A stretch of DNA of 62,961 nucleotides, counting the filler, from Stramenopiles sp. TOSAG23-3 (lineage: Eukaryota), in NCBI GenBank assembly GCA_900128585.1. It is 7 parts of 7 records of this genome, joined end to end, with 100 filler letters (N's around TTAATTAATTAA, not from the genome) between each part and the next. Parts side by side here need not be neighbours in the genome. Positions count along the whole stretch, not along the records: positions 18,031 to 26,943 come from LT642967.1; positions 27,044 to 35,956 come from LT642968.1; 5 more parts are not named here. One strand, written 5' to 3'. The position numbers and the translations under genes were made by a program. The notes beneath the pieces are model-generated. The model was not told where the DNA came from and searched no databases. It saw only the letters and a list, made by a program, of their open reading frames with translations. This document shows positions 20,111 through 30,902 of this stretch, piece by piece. The first letter of the stretch is position 1. Each line of letters opens with the position of its first letter.

Positions 20111-22687
20111 ATGTCTGCGTTCGCGTTGTCAAAGAATGACTTGCGTGTCTCACGGTCAACGGCTCGGGTGGGTGGCGCACATTTGTTCGAAGGGTTAACA
20201 AGATCCCATAACGTCTTAGAAAAGTCCATTCTTATGAAAGGTTCCCCAACAACTGCACATGTATTTGGAACATCTTCGGCCGTAAAAAACAATTTGTACA
20301 AAAGAAATAGAAAAATTAGGCTTGACGGCGATGACGCAGCCAGCGTTACGAGCACAGCTTCGACCGACAGCGTTGTTCTGGAGGCTGGCGAGAAGAAATT
20401 CCTTGTGCTCGCTCTGAAACGCGCTCGCCACCGGGAAAAGGGGGAGCCAGTCCCTTTAGCAGAGGACGCGGCGATTCGGGACATAATTCTTCAGTATGAA
20501 CACCAGGCTTGCTCCGCTTTGCACGACCGTGATTATTCGGCTGCGATACATTTGGGAAAAGAAATCATGCGCTTGGTCAGCCGAATATACGGTGGCCTTA
20601 ACTCCTTGAGCATCTATGCAGGTGTGATTTTAGGCGAAGCTAATTTTCTTCTAGGAAAGTTGGCAATTGCGAAACGGTATCTGTTGGCGGCAGAGCGAAG
20701 GCTGGAACACGTCAATAACAACCGCTCTGCCCAAGTAGTGCGCTCTGCAATAGCATGTTACACAAAATTGGGGGATGTATTTTTCTTTGAAGCTGAGCAA
20801 GCCCACAAAGCAAAAAACATAGACATGGAGACGAGGCACGTTGACCTTGCCTGCGACGCCTACAAGCACGCCGCGCATTTATTGGATGGTTCCGGGGGGG
20901 ACAGTACGTACTGCCACACGCGCATGGGATCTTTGCAACAAGAAATAGGCCAATATGTTAGTGCTACCAAAGCGTTCGAGAACGCATTGTCTGCTGCTGC
21001 ACACTTCGCGCGTGCGCCTACTGATATGAATTTTTTGCTTGCACACAAGCAACTGGCGGACTGCCTCCTTTTGCGAGACAGGTTTGGAGCAGCGCTAGAG
21101 CACTACATTGTCGTGTTTGACATAGTAGACAACACTAGCAAAACTATTGGGAGTTACTGTAAGACTGAGAGCGAAGTAACGTGCGTCCAGACACGGAGCC
21201 AGCTGGCAATATCAATAGCAACGTGCTTGCGAGCAGTGGGGCAGGTCACCCAGGCCATAGACATGATAGAGGACGCAGCCGTGATTGTAAAGTCAAAATT
21301 GTTGAAAATCAATGTCGAAGGGTCTGCGCCCCCTACACAGCCGATCAATGTCTTCAAGGAAGCCGAACAAATGGAGCTGGACAACAGTCGATTGAAGAGC
21401 ACAAAAATATACATACAGTGTTTGGAAAGTTTAGGGCACACAAACATCGCGTTGGGGAATCTAGTGGTAGCGGAACAAAACTACGAGGCGGCCATGGGGG
21501 TGTTGGACGGGCTGACAGACGATGAGATGGTAATGGAGCGGAGAGGAATTCTGTACACCTTTCTGGGAGACGTAAAGGTACACGAGTACGTTAAGTTTAC
21601 CTCCCCTCACGAAACGAGTCTGTCTTCGAACGTCAGCGAAGGAACAGGTTTAAACGACTCGACCAAGGTGGAGGAAGGGGAGAGCCATCTTGTGGAATCG
21701 GCAATGGAGAAGAGTTTACCCCTTCGAGCGAGTGAATTGTCCTCCAGCAACCCGCCAAAGGGGCAGGACCCCCCCGCGTCTCACCCCTGCCTTCAAGACG
21801 CACTGCTCAACTACAAGTGCGCGCTTGACATAGCCCAAAGTATTGGGGGGGCAGAATCACCGCAAACGATCAAAATTGCCGCTCGTGTCGGGCAGCTTTG
21901 GGCCCTTTTGGGCGAGTACAGTTGCGCGCTCAGGGAATTTCAATATTGTTTAGCCCTCGCCAAGCGCTTGGATCCAAAGTATGCCAGCCTTTTAGGGAGC
22001 CTGTGCATTGCCGTGGCAAACATACTGTCCAAGGGTTCGGACATCCAACAAGAACGAGCGATGACCCTTTACTCCAATTCGGTCACAATTATATCTCGCA
22101 TGTTTGGCGCGGACAGTCCCACCATCGCAGCGGCGTACACGGGCATCGGGCAGTTGTGGCTCACGCGGGACCAGCCTGCTTCGGCATTGCGCCACTTGCT
22201 GCACGCCGAGGGCTTGGCACGATCGAACTTTGGAGATGCGGATAGACTGCGACTGTACCTTTTGCAAAACGTCGCGATCGGCTACCTGGCCCTGGGAAAG
22301 CCAAGCAAAACCCTAGAGACAATCTCTAAGCTGGAGCAGACGTACACAGGGGCACGGAAAAGCGGCAATCGGTCGTCCAGGAATGGAGCCGGCAAGGGAG
22401 TCGCTAGCACTGCCAAACTACTGTGGAACGCTACTTCGCTGCTGTACAGCTGGAGCTCTCAGCAACCGCGTAAAAGTGTACTGAAAGACCTGAAAGCAAA
22501 GGCGCTGAGGGACCTGGCCCAGTCCAGGGTGGTCAACAAAAGTGCCAGGAACCCTGCCAAAGACGGTGGACATCGAAACGGGCCACCGCAGCCACCGTCT
22601 AGAAAGACGACGGCAAACAGTGTCCGAACAAGGGCCCTAGCAACGAGCAAGACCGGGATCCAAGTGACGAGGGGGGGGTGGATGTAA
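20111..22687 (+). CDS. TPR-repeat protein (kinesin light chain/nephrocystin-3-like repeats), function unknown
   Basis: First ATG at 20111; multiple TPR-like helix pairs (e.g. FGADSPTIAAAYTGIGQLW, LGEYSCALREFQYCL). Confidence 0.75.
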   Translation: MSAFALSKNDLRVSRSTARVGGAHLFEGLTRSHNVLEKSILMKGSPTTAHVFGTSSAVKNNLYKRNRKIRLDGDDAASVTSTASTDSVVLEAGEKKFLVLALKRARHREKGEPVPLAEDAAIRDIILQYEHQACSALHDRDYSAAIHLGKEIMRLVSRIYGGLNSLSIYAGVILGEANFLLGKLAIAKRYLLAAERRLEHVNNNRSAQVVRSAIACYTKLGDVFFFEAEQAHKAKNIDMETRHVDLACDAYKHAAHLLDGSGGDSTYCHTRMGSLQQEIGQYVSATKAFENALSAAAHFARAPTDMNFLLAHKQLADCLLLRDRFGAALEHYIVVFDIVDNTSKTIGSYCKTESEVTCVQTRSQLAISIATCLRAVGQVTQAIDMIEDAAVIVKSKLLKINVEGSAPPTQPINVFKEAEQMELDNSRLKSTKIYIQCLESLGHTNIALGNLVVAEQNYEAAMGVLDGLTDDEMVMERRGILYTFLGDVKVHEYVKFTSPHETSLSSNVSEGTGLNDSTKVEEGESHLVESAMEKSLPLRASELSSSNPPKGQDPPASHPCLQDALLNYKCALDIAQSIGGAESPQTIKIAARVGQLWALLGEYSCALREFQYCLALAKRLDPKYASLLGSLCIAVANILSKGSDIQQERAMTLYSNSVTIISRMFGADSPTIAAAYTGIGQLWLTRDQPASALRHLLHAEGLARSNFGDADRLRLYLLQNVAIGYLALGKPSKTLETISKLEQTYTGARKSGNRSSRNGAGKGVASTAKLLWNATSLLYSWSSQQPRKSVLKDLKAKALRDLAQSRVVNKSARNPAKDGGHRNGPPQPPSRKTTANSVRTRALATSKTGIQVTRGGWM

Positions 22688-22873
22688 TCTGATATCATAT
22701 AATTTTTAACACATACAAAGTATCATAAAGGGTGAAAGAAATGAGAGATGTTTTGATGTGTTCTAAAGTTTTTTTGTCGTTGCGTGGTCGAAGAAAAGAC
22801 AGAAGAACGGCCAACATCGATATAACACGATGTGCCTAACCCAAGAAAATCCGAGAATTCTTTTAAAGATTTT

Positions 22874-23121
22874 CTAAGAGGAGGCAGAAAAGGGGAGAAA
22901 GATCAGGAGAGGGAGACAACAAGCTTGGGACAAACGGCACCAACCAACCACAAACGAGAGGAATGAAACTACACGGATCAGTCCATCTAGTATGCATAAA
23001 GTCAACACGGTAAAAACCCGACTAATAGGCGTTCAGTGTAGCTGGTTCGTTGTTCATCATTTCCAAGTGGTTCAATTCTCTCTCTCTTTGTTGACGGTGG
23101 CGCGTTGCGAAAGGCAATTAC
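22874..23121 (-). other. Putative spliceosomal intron in RPL30 3' UTR hosting the snoRNA
   Basis: Donor GTAATT at 23121; branch-like CCTGATC near 22903; long pyrimidine tract TTTCTCCCCTTTTCTGCCTCCTCT; acceptor TAG ending at 22874. Confidence 0.6.
22975..23064 (-). ncRNA. Box C/D snoRNA with two guides to LSU rRNA
   Basis: Minus strand reads GGA-A-ATGATGA (C box), GAACCAGCTAC-A-CTGA (guide + D'), TGTTGA (C'), TACTAGATGG-A-CTGA (guide + D), TCC (terminal stem). Both guides are complementary to the conserved LSU segment CCAUCUAGUAGCUGGUUC. Confidence 0.92.
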
Positions 23122-23242
23122 GTATTTAGCGGGGGGGGCACGATGTTCGTTCAAAAACAACCTTTTAATATTTCTCTATGTTTACTACGTATACATCCTG
23201 AACCGAAGAAAAAGTTGTGAAATCGACTGGCGCACCCCACCT

Positions 23243-23578
23243 TTAGTTTCCGGCGGTTTGTGCAACACGAACGATTTCGGAGTCACCTTCTTCGATAACA
23301 CTCAAGACAGAAACCTTGAAGTATTTACCACAGGCAGTACCAAGCTCGGAGTTGTTACCTTGGAAGTGGTGTACAATGGTCTTCGAAAGCATAGCGTAGT
23401 ACTCGATTTCACTTTGGCGAACAGTTGGGGTGTTGTTGGCAATCAATACAACTTGTGCTTTGCCTGATCGCAAAGTTTTAAGGCATTCTTTGTAGCCCAA
23501 CTTGAACTTACCACTTTTCATGACAAGTTTCAAGTGGGAGTTCAACCCTTCTCCAGTTTGTTTCGAGGCTTTTGGCAT
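23243..23578 (-). CDS. RPL30: 60S ribosomal protein L30 (eL30)
   Basis: [31 protein letters not shown] and [10 protein letters not shown] motifs. Confidence 0.98.
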   Translation of the reverse strand: MPKASKQTGEGLNSHLKLVMKSGKFKLGYKECLKTLRSGKAQVVLIANNTPTVRQSEIEYYAMLSKTIVHHFQGNNSELGTACGKYFKVSVLSVIEEGDSEIVRVAQTAGN

Positions 23579-24858
23579 TTTGTTCGTTTCGTTTAGATTT
23601 CTCCGGCGTTGTAAGCGTTCTCAGAAATAGAATATAAAGTTTTCTTAATATAAGATTTGTTTGTTATTGTTGAGAGAAAACTTTTGCACGGCACGTACTT
23701 CTTCTCGTTTCTTTTCCAACATCCCAATGCATCAAACTCAACCATACCATACCATCACTCACAATCGTCGTGTAGACTTCTTCGTTGATAACAAAATTGT
23801 TTCTTCGTTAATATAGCTAGCCGATTTATCATCGATCATCTATTATTATCGTATCATCGCATCGACTTCCAATGCTTCCTTCATTCCTTTGTATTTCATG
23901 TTCATTACATCTCACAGGGAAGGAAGGAATGAAGGAAGGAAGGAAGGAAGAAAGTATTTAATCTAATTATTCTGATGTATGAAGTTAATTTAATGAAGCA
24001 ATGATGATGCTGCCTATCGAACGAAATGTATTTTTTACGAACCAATCATTGATACAATGCTATGTCTATATTATATCAATACAATGCAAAACAAACCGAT
24101 TTTCCATAAAGCTTACTTAAGTTAAGGCTAGAGAAGAAAGACAAACCTCTGTTATATACTACACAGCATTATCCCTTCTCAAACCATTCAATCAAATAGT
24201 TTTTTTTTAAATACACCAAACAGCATAGAAATTATGATACTAATATAACAATAGCATAGAACTTTCCTGTCCTCCATTCATTTCTAAAGAAGAAAAAGCA
24301 TACGAATACAATCAATTGTATTATAAGTGTATACTATATTTTATATTAAATAGGGAAGATGAAGGAAGATGAAGGAAGATGAAGGAAGGAAAGCCTCCAA
24401 TTCCTATTTCATCTATTACTTCTAATATGTAACATACAAATAGCATGGAAATGTACATTAAGCAAGAAATGAACGAAGAGAAAGAATTACTTTTTCTTTT
24501 CTATGATCCTGTTATATTTTCTTTACTGTGTATATGTACTAATAATATTTCCTAATTTTTATATAAGAATACCATTGGGGAGAAGAAGAAAATAGAGGCA
24601 AGTAGATAGAAAGAAGAGAGAAAGAAAGAAGGAGAGAGAAGAAAGAAGAAGAAAATAAGAAATCAATCAACAAATAAACACGAAGGTCGTTATTGTATTT
24701 GTTTCCTCCTCGGTCCATTCGATGACACGATAGTGGATGCATTAGCACGATTTAAAAATGTCTTTCGGGCAGCTCAAGTTTGGGACGAAAGAAATTTATT
24801 ATTAGTTACATTCAAGCACTACAGTAAAGTTTTTTCGTTTGTTTATTATAATTCCAAG

Positions 24859-25242
24859 ATGGTAAAGAATATTCGTATCACCTACCGACGCCGTTGTGCG
24901 TACCGCACCAAGTCCAACAAGATGCGCCCTGTAAAAACTCCAGGAGGCAAACTTGTAGGTGCTTTCGTTTCAAAGCGAGCCAACGGGCCAAAATGCGGAG
25001 ACTGTGGAACCAGATTGCCAGGTATCCCCGCCTTGCGCCCAAAAGAGTACCGCAGCGTCCCAAAACGCATGCGAACTGTTTCCCGTACCTACGGTGGATC
25101 CCGCTGCGCCAACTGCGTCAAAGCGCGTATCGTCCGTGCCTTTTTGATTGAAGAACAGAAAATTGTTAAGAAAGTACTTCAATCCAAGAAAGATAAGAAG
25201 TCCGAGAAGAAATCCAAGAAATCGAAGAAGTCATCCAAGTAA
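24859..25242 (+). CDS. RPL34: 60S ribosomal protein L34 (eL34)
   Basis: ATG at 24859; RITYRRR..Y.TKSN, KTPGG, CGDCG, R.YGGSRC..CV..RIVRAFLIEEQKIVK motifs. Confidence 0.98.
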   Translation: MVKNIRITYRRRCAYRTKSNKMRPVKTPGGKLVGAFVSKRANGPKCGDCGTRLPGIPALRPKEYRSVPKRMRTVSRTYGGSRCANCVKARIVRAFLIEEQKIVKKVLQSKKDKKSEKKSKKSKKSSK

Positions 25243-25516
25243 GCAGTTTGATTCATTATTAAATTTTTAGGACTTAAAACAAAATTACAAAAGCATTTCT
25301 ATTCTAATATCCATTCCGAAGTTCCTTTCGAAATGCCTATCCAACGAATTTCCAACACACCATTTCCCCTTCTATGATGCTGTTAGATTTTCCCCCGCTG
25401 TGTATATGTTTTTATAATATAGGCACACCATCTAACTACACAATGCGATTCGAACCATTCTACGACGAACCGCAGTGTACAGAACACAAAACAAATGAGA
25501 AGGTATCGTATCTTAG

Positions 25517-25662
25517 CTGGAGAGAGAAGAAAAGAAAATGCTAGAGTAGATGACGACAAAGCAGTCACGCACGTACGTAAGAATGAAGAGTACACACGAA
25601 ATTGTAGAAAAAACGATTCAAATATTTACACTGGCACTTGGCACCCACACCGCTTCACTTAC
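25517..25662 (-). other. Putative intron interrupting the last codon of SF3B4
   Basis: Perfect GTAAGT donor inside CCG-TAA; acceptor TTTTCTTTTCTTCTCTCCAG followed by C-TAA. Confidence 0.7.
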
Positions 25663-26642
25663 GGGTTCGGGGCCAAAATGGGGGGTACGACCGTGTTCAT
25701 GGCAACTTGGGCCCCAAGCGGGGGAACCCGTGCATACATTCCCGGGGGCATCATTCCTGGCATTCCTTGGTGGGGAGCTGCTTGCATCATCGGTGAGGCC
25801 GCTTGCATCATTGGTGGGACCGCTTGCATCATTGGCGGGGCCGCTCGCATCATTGGTGGAGCCACTTGCATCATTCCCGGCGCGTAAGGGTTCATCATCC
25901 CCGGCATTGCGTGCTGGAGAGGCAGCACCACCCCGTTCGCGCCTCCCTCCGGCGGCCCTCCATTCATGCCTTCAGGGTTCATTTGCTGTTCCCGTTGGCG
26001 TTCCTGCTCCTTTTTCAGCTCTATTTTCGCGGCCAGCAGCCGCTCGGCTTCCGAACCGTGCCGGTCACCATTGCCCCCTTTTCGAAGCGCATACTGCACT
26101 TTCAGGGGCTTGTTGCACATCATCTGCCCGTTCATGTACTTTATCGCGTTGTCCGAGGCAGTGAAACTATCGAACCCTATGAACGCGAACCCTTTCGACT
26201 TCCCGTCCGAGTCATAGCTTATGGACGGGACTTGGGCTATCGTCCCGAACGAACTGAACGTGTCGTACAAGAGTTTCTCGTTGACATCGACGGCTAGATT
26301 CCCAATAAACAATATAGCCCCAATACTTTTTTTGGCAGCAGACCCACTGGTCGTCGCCGGGTTCACCCGGATAGGCTTTCCGTACAGCGGGACCGTATTG
26401 AATACTTGGACCGCGTAATTCACGGACGCCTCCATTTGGAACTCAACAAACCCATACCTGTTCGTCGCCGACGATTTTGCCTTTGGGATGCGAACGGACC
26501 TTACACGGCCGGCTTGGGTAAACAGCTCCCACAAAATTTCCTCCGTGACCCGTTCGTCCAAATTCCCTATGTACACGCTCAACGCGTGGTTTCGAACTTT
26601 GTTCTTTTTGCTAGCCAAACTACTGATCAGGGTGTTGCTCAT
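25659..26642 (-). CDS. SF3B4: Splicing factor 3B subunit 4 (SAP49/Hsh49)
   Basis: Two RRMs (VYIGNLDERVTEEILWELFTQAG; LFIGNL..VNEKLLYDTFS.FG), the RHGSEAERLLAA signature and a Pro/Met-rich tail. Confidence 0.93.
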   Translation of the reverse strand: MSNTLISSLASKKNKVRNHALSVYIGNLDERVTEEILWELFTQAGRVRSVRIPKAKSSATNRYGFVEFQMEASVNYAVQVFNTVPLYGKPIRVNPATTSGSAAKKSIGAILFIGNLAVDVNEKLLYDTFSSFGTIAQVPSISYDSDGKSKGFAFIGFDSFTASDNAIKYMNGQMMCNKPLKVQYALRKGGNGDRHGSEAERLLAAKIELKKEQERQREQQMNPEGMNGGPPEGGANGVVLPLQHAMPGMMNPYAPGMMQVAPPMMRAAPPMMQAVPPMMQAASPMMQAAPHQGMPGMMPPGMYARVPPLGAQVAMNTVVPPILAPNP

Positions 26643-26849
26643 ATTGCCCCCGTTCTCTGCACCAACGGTATCAAAACAAAACAGAAAAAACTTGTACCCA
26701 CGAAGTTAGTTGCACCAAGTTCAACAGCAAGCCCCTCCCTAAATACAACAAAAAGAATAAAAGATAGAAATCATTACCCGCATACTTTTATTTCGATTCA
26801 ATATTTTCTCTCTTCTGCCGTGGTTGTTTTTGTAGAGCTGTCGGTTTTG

Positions 26850-26943
26850 TTTTCTTCTTCTTCTTTCTTCTTCTTCTTCTTTCTTCTTCTTCTTCTTCTT
26901 CTTCTTTCTTCTTCTTCTTCTTCTTCTTCTTCTTCTTCTTCTT
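26850..26943 (+). repeat. (TTC)n microsatellite at contig end
   Basis: Seen directly. Confidence 0.95.
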
Positions 26944-27043
26944 NNNNNNNNNNNNNNNNNNNNNNNNNNNNNNNNNNNNNNNNNNNNTTAATTAATTAAN
27001 NNNNNNNNNNNNNNNNNNNNNNNNNNNNNNNNNNNNNNNNNNN
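26944..27043. other. Artificial contig linker
   Basis: N44-TTAATTAATTAA-N44. Confidence 0.98.
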
Positions 27044-27112
27044 TCTTCTCTCTTCTCTCTTCTCTCTTCTCTCTTCTCTCTTCTCTCTTCTCTCTTCTCT
27101 CTTCTCTCTTCT
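27044..27112 (+). repeat. (TCTTCTC)n microsatellite at contig start
   Basis: Seen directly. Confidence 0.9.
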
Positions 27113-27696
27113 AGAACAAACGAATAAACACAGACGTGTATTACCTTTATATGCAAGATATACTTTCTGTATTTTAACTTGTTTTTTGTAAGTTTAATTC
27201 TTATCATATAAGATCAATAATGAAACAAAACTACAGAACCAAGTTTTAAGATAATTATATGATAAGAAAAAACAAATTTTAATAGTATGTTTTAAGACTC
27301 TCATTTTCGATAATTAATAAGATATAATGTAATTTGCTTTTCTATTAAATTTAGGCAAGAAGAACGAATACTCTTCATTTACTTCAGAAACGTTCGTGTG
27401 TGTACAACATTTCTCAATCAATACTTAAATAACAGCCAATTTTCTTGTTTTTAACCCCAGAGATTGTATTTAGATTCTCGATACTGATATATGATAAGAA
27501 CAGCATTTAGTTTGCTCTCAAGATTCTTCCAAGAGACGACAAAAAAGTGATAAAAATGTTACTCGTAAACACGTAACACACTTTTCACAAATTCATCTCT
27601 ATACAAAATGCGCAAACAACAAAATATATCATTAGTTTTTTTACAAAATGCGCGCGCCCTGACCCTACTTCTCTGTCTCTGCCAACGTCTGCCTGA

Positions 27697-30591
27697 TCAC
27701 GCGCGAAAACGGTAGCTTCCGCCACCGCCGCCACCACCTCCAGGATTCCCCCCCTTCATGCCCGCCGGCCGCCTGCCCCCCGTTCCGAGAGCAAGGGGGG
27801 CTTTCCGCTGCACTGTGACGAGCCCGTTGTTGAATTTACAATTGTGCCCGCACCCGGAGGGGCACTCGCTGTTATCTTCAAACCACTCCCGCATGTGTTC
27901 CAAGTGGCCGCCGTGCCCGCAGCCCTGGCACCACGTGAAGACCCCGCTGACGTGCTGCTCGCAGACGACGCAGACGGCGAGGGAGCTGTTACACTTGTCG
28001 CACACCGGTCCCTGGGAGGGCTGCAGGGCCCGCGAGCACTTGATGCAAAACGAGTGCAGGGTCGTCGACGCCTGGTTCATGCGCCCCGCCGACCCGGGGA
28101 GCCGGGAGAAGAACTCGGCCGCCACGAGGGGGAGGCTGTGGCGCTGCAGCAGCTCGATGTAGGCGTGAAACCACGACTGGACCCTGGAATCATCGAATTT
28201 GACGCCGCACTGCATGGCCATATCCGCCAAGATTGCGCACATTTGCACGTCCCCTTCAACGTTGCAGTAATGGTCCAGCAGCGAGTTGAAGACGCTCGGG
28301 CGTATGTCCGCGCACAGAGATGCGGACTCCGGGGGGGGCTCGCGGCGGCGGTCGCCCTGCGGCGAGCGGTGCCCCACGCCGCGCCCTCTCCCCCGAGAGG
28401 CCGCGCCGCCCTCCCGGTCCTTCCGGCCGTTGGAGCCTCCGTCGGCCCCGGTCCCGGCCCCTCCCCCAAATCCCTCGCCCTTCGCAGAGAACGTCCCGGC
28501 GCCGTGGTGGCCAAAGTAGTCGCGCGACGCGCTCGGGGACGACCGGGGGGACACCGACGGCGAGCCGTAGCCCTGTAAAAAATGTTTCCTGGGCTCCATC
28601 TTGTCGGCGTGAATCTTCTGATTGATCAGGCTCGAGTTCCTGTGCTGGTCGATCTCAGACTCGTCCTGCATTCGCCCGTCTGCCCCGTCCGGGTTGGCAA
28701 TGTCCAGCTGCTGTATCAGCATGGAAAAGGCCCCATCGTTGACGCTGCTGGCGTTCGAGCCGACGTCCGAGCCGTCCTCATCGTTCAAGTACCGCTCCTC
28801 GTCCTCGACCGTCATCGCCCGCGACTGCCGCCCCCCCGCCTGTCGAATGTGAAAGCCCAGCATGTCGTCGTCCTGAAAGTCCATGATCGTGGACTCTGCC
28901 GGGTTGGACGTTGTCCCCTCCTGTCCTTCGTACGTGTACCCCCGCGAGCGAACAGTGCTGTCGTCTACCAAGGAGCTCTCGGCGTCGTCGGGGGCCTTGC
29001 CGCGCTTGTGCAGGGCGTCGCCGGGGGCCATCAGCAGCTTCATGTCCCGCGGGGCCCTCCCGCCGGTGCGACGGTCCCGCCCGCCGCCAGCAACTCCCTG
29101 CCGCGAGGAAAAGTTGAGGCCAGGGGTGGGGCCGAGGTCTGGGGCGGCGGGAATGTCGAGCACGAGCTTCCCGTCGCTCGTCCGCTCCTCTTTCCCTAGC
29201 ATCAGGCCCACCGTGGCCCACGTCTGGGCGGTCATCGACCGGCCCACCGCGAGCGCGGCCTCGCGGTTGTTCTCGCACACGTCGAACAGCGACTTTACCT
29301 CGGGGGGGGAGGTCCGCGACTTGTACTTCCCGGCCAAGTAACGAAAGGTCGCGGTGTTCCCGGTGCCGCTTCCCCCGTCCAGCGTCTCGCGCTCTAGGAA
29401 CGAGATGGAGGACGTCACCACCGCGTTCTTTCGCACGATGGCAATGTCGTTCAGGGGCGATATGCACAGGCCGTGGCGCCGCGCAGAGTCGGACGGGCAG
29501 TACGCGTCCTTGAACGAGTGCATGCCGACGGTCTTGTCGCGCGAGCAGGTCAGGAGGTGCGTTTCCCCGGAACCGCTGCCGTCTTCGGGAAGCCACTGCA
29601 GCCCCGGGATCGCGTCCGTGTGACCGCTGAAGCACGACTGGGGCACATTCGGGGACCGAATGTCCCACACGCTGATCGAGAGGTCAACCTCGACGCAGCT
29701 GGAGGCGATCTGCTCCGGGTACCCGGGCCGCCACTGGACCTGCGACACGCTCGCCAGGGCCTGCATCTCCCTCACCTGCTTCCCCACGGTCATGTCCCAC
29801 ACCTTTATCGTTCTATCGCTGCCCCCGGAGGCCAAAATATTCATCCGCTCCGGGTGCCAGTCCAGGGAGTTCACGTGCCGCCCGTGGGCCATCAGCTTGT
29901 CTTTGCACGACTTTGGATTCCGGGTGTCCCAGATCTGTATGGAACCGTCGCCCCCCCCCACGGCAAACTCGTACGGGCTTATCGGGTTGAAACGCACGTC
30001 GTGCACCTTCGTGTGGCACTCGAACTTCAGCTTTGGCTCCTCCGAGTCCTGGTAGTCCCACAGGCACACGGACTTGTCGACGGATGCGCTGAGCAGGTAC
30101 CTCGGGTCGCCGCTAGGGTGCCAGGACACGCTGTTGACGCACGCGTCGTGCACTTTTGAAATGCTTTGGACGTTCGCGGGAATCTTCTTCCCCACCTTCC
30201 CCTTCCGACGAAGGCGCCCCTCCAGGTCCCAGAACACCACCGCCCCGTTCGTGGCGCCGGTCGCTATTATGTTGGACAGGCGGGGGTGCCATGCCACGCA
30301 GTTGCACGTCAAGCTAAGGTTCTTCTTCGTCTTCGTTCGCTCGTACAAGCTTTTCTCTATTTTCAGCCCAACCCCGTTGGAGACGCCCGCGTCCGCCGCG
30401 TCCATGTACGCCCCCAGCAGCTCGTTGGAGTACGTCGAGAACGTGGACGACCGCCCACTGTGCGCCGTTCGAGGCACCCTACCCACTATTCTTAGTATAT
30501 TGAGGACCGCACGACCACCCACCGCGACCAACGTTTGGTCCGGGCACAAAGACATCGTCTTCAACTCTTGTTTTATGTCTATCGACTGCAT
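27697..30591 (-). CDS. WDR24: GATOR2 complex protein WDR24 (Sea2/Rtc1)
   Basis: N-terminal WD40 repeats (IATGATNGAVVFWDL, WRPGYPEQIASS, ISVWDIRSPNVP), GDVQMC motif and C-terminal RING (CVVCE..WCQGCGHGGH..W..CPSGCGH.C). Confidence 0.93.
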   Translation of the reverse strand: MQSIDIKQELKTMSLCPDQTLVAVGGRAVLNILRIVGRVPRTAHSGRSSTFSTYSNELLGAYMDAADAGVSNGVGLKIEKSLYERTKTKKNLSLTCNCVAWHPRLSNIIATGATNGAVVFWDLEGRLRRKGKVGKKIPANVQSISKVHDACVNSVSWHPSGDPRYLLSASVDKSVCLWDYQDSEEPKLKFECHTKVHDVRFNPISPYEFAVGGGDGSIQIWDTRNPKSCKDKLMAHGRHVNSLDWHPERMNILASGGSDRTIKVWDMTVGKQVREMQALASVSQVQWRPGYPEQIASSCVEVDLSISVWDIRSPNVPQSCFSGHTDAIPGLQWLPEDGSGSGETHLLTCSRDKTVGMHSFKDAYCPSDSARRHGLCISPLNDIAIVRKNAVVTSSISFLERETLDGGSGTGNTATFRYLAGKYKSRTSPPEVKSLFDVCENNREAALAVGRSMTAQTWATVGLMLGKEERTSDGKLVLDIPAAPDLGPTPGLNFSSRQGVAGGGRDRRTGGRAPRDMKLLMAPGDALHKRGKAPDDAESSLVDDSTVRSRGYTYEGQEGTTSNPAESTIMDFQDDDMLGFHIRQAGGRQSRAMTVEDEERYLNDEDGSDVGSNASSVNDGAFSMLIQQLDIANPDGADGRMQDESEIDQHRNSSLINQKIHADKMEPRKHFLQGYGSPSVSPRSSPSASRDYFGHHGAGTFSAKGEGFGGGAGTGADGGSNGRKDREGGAASRGRGRGVGHRSPQGDRRREPPPESASLCADIRPSVFNSLLDHYCNVEGDVQMCAILADMAMQCGVKFDDSRVQSWFHAYIELLQRHSLPLVAAEFFSRLPGSAGRMNQASTTLHSFCIKCSRALQPSQGPVCDKCNSSLAVCVVCEQHVSGVFTWCQGCGHGGHLEHMREWFEDNSECPSGCGHNCKFNNGLVTVQRKAPLALGTGGRRPAGMKGGNPGGGGGGGGSYRFRA

Positions 30592-30902
30592 GGTGGACGG
30601 GGCAGGGACGCAAGCCTATCCCGGTGGCGGTGGGGGGGGGGCAATGCACGCAACCAGGAGAATCCCGTCGCCAGTTAGAAAGCAAACGCCGTCCTGTATT
30701 TCATGTGAAGAAGAAGGAAATCATGGAAACAAAAAAAGAAGAAGAAGAATGGGAAGGCGAAGAAAGAATAAACAATAATGGTCTTTCTTCGGTTTGGTTA
30801 TTGTACTTGTTCTTGTCCGATTTTGTGTCCAGAGAGGAGTGGGGGGGAGAATAATAATATGATGATGAATGAGATGTGTGGTGAACTTTTTTTTTTTTAT
30901 TA

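Noticed and set aside
22826-22887. Hairpin followed by ACA on the minus strand, as an H/ACA snoRNA
   Set aside because: There is no H box or convincing target, and it overlaps the better-supported intron acceptor at 22874.
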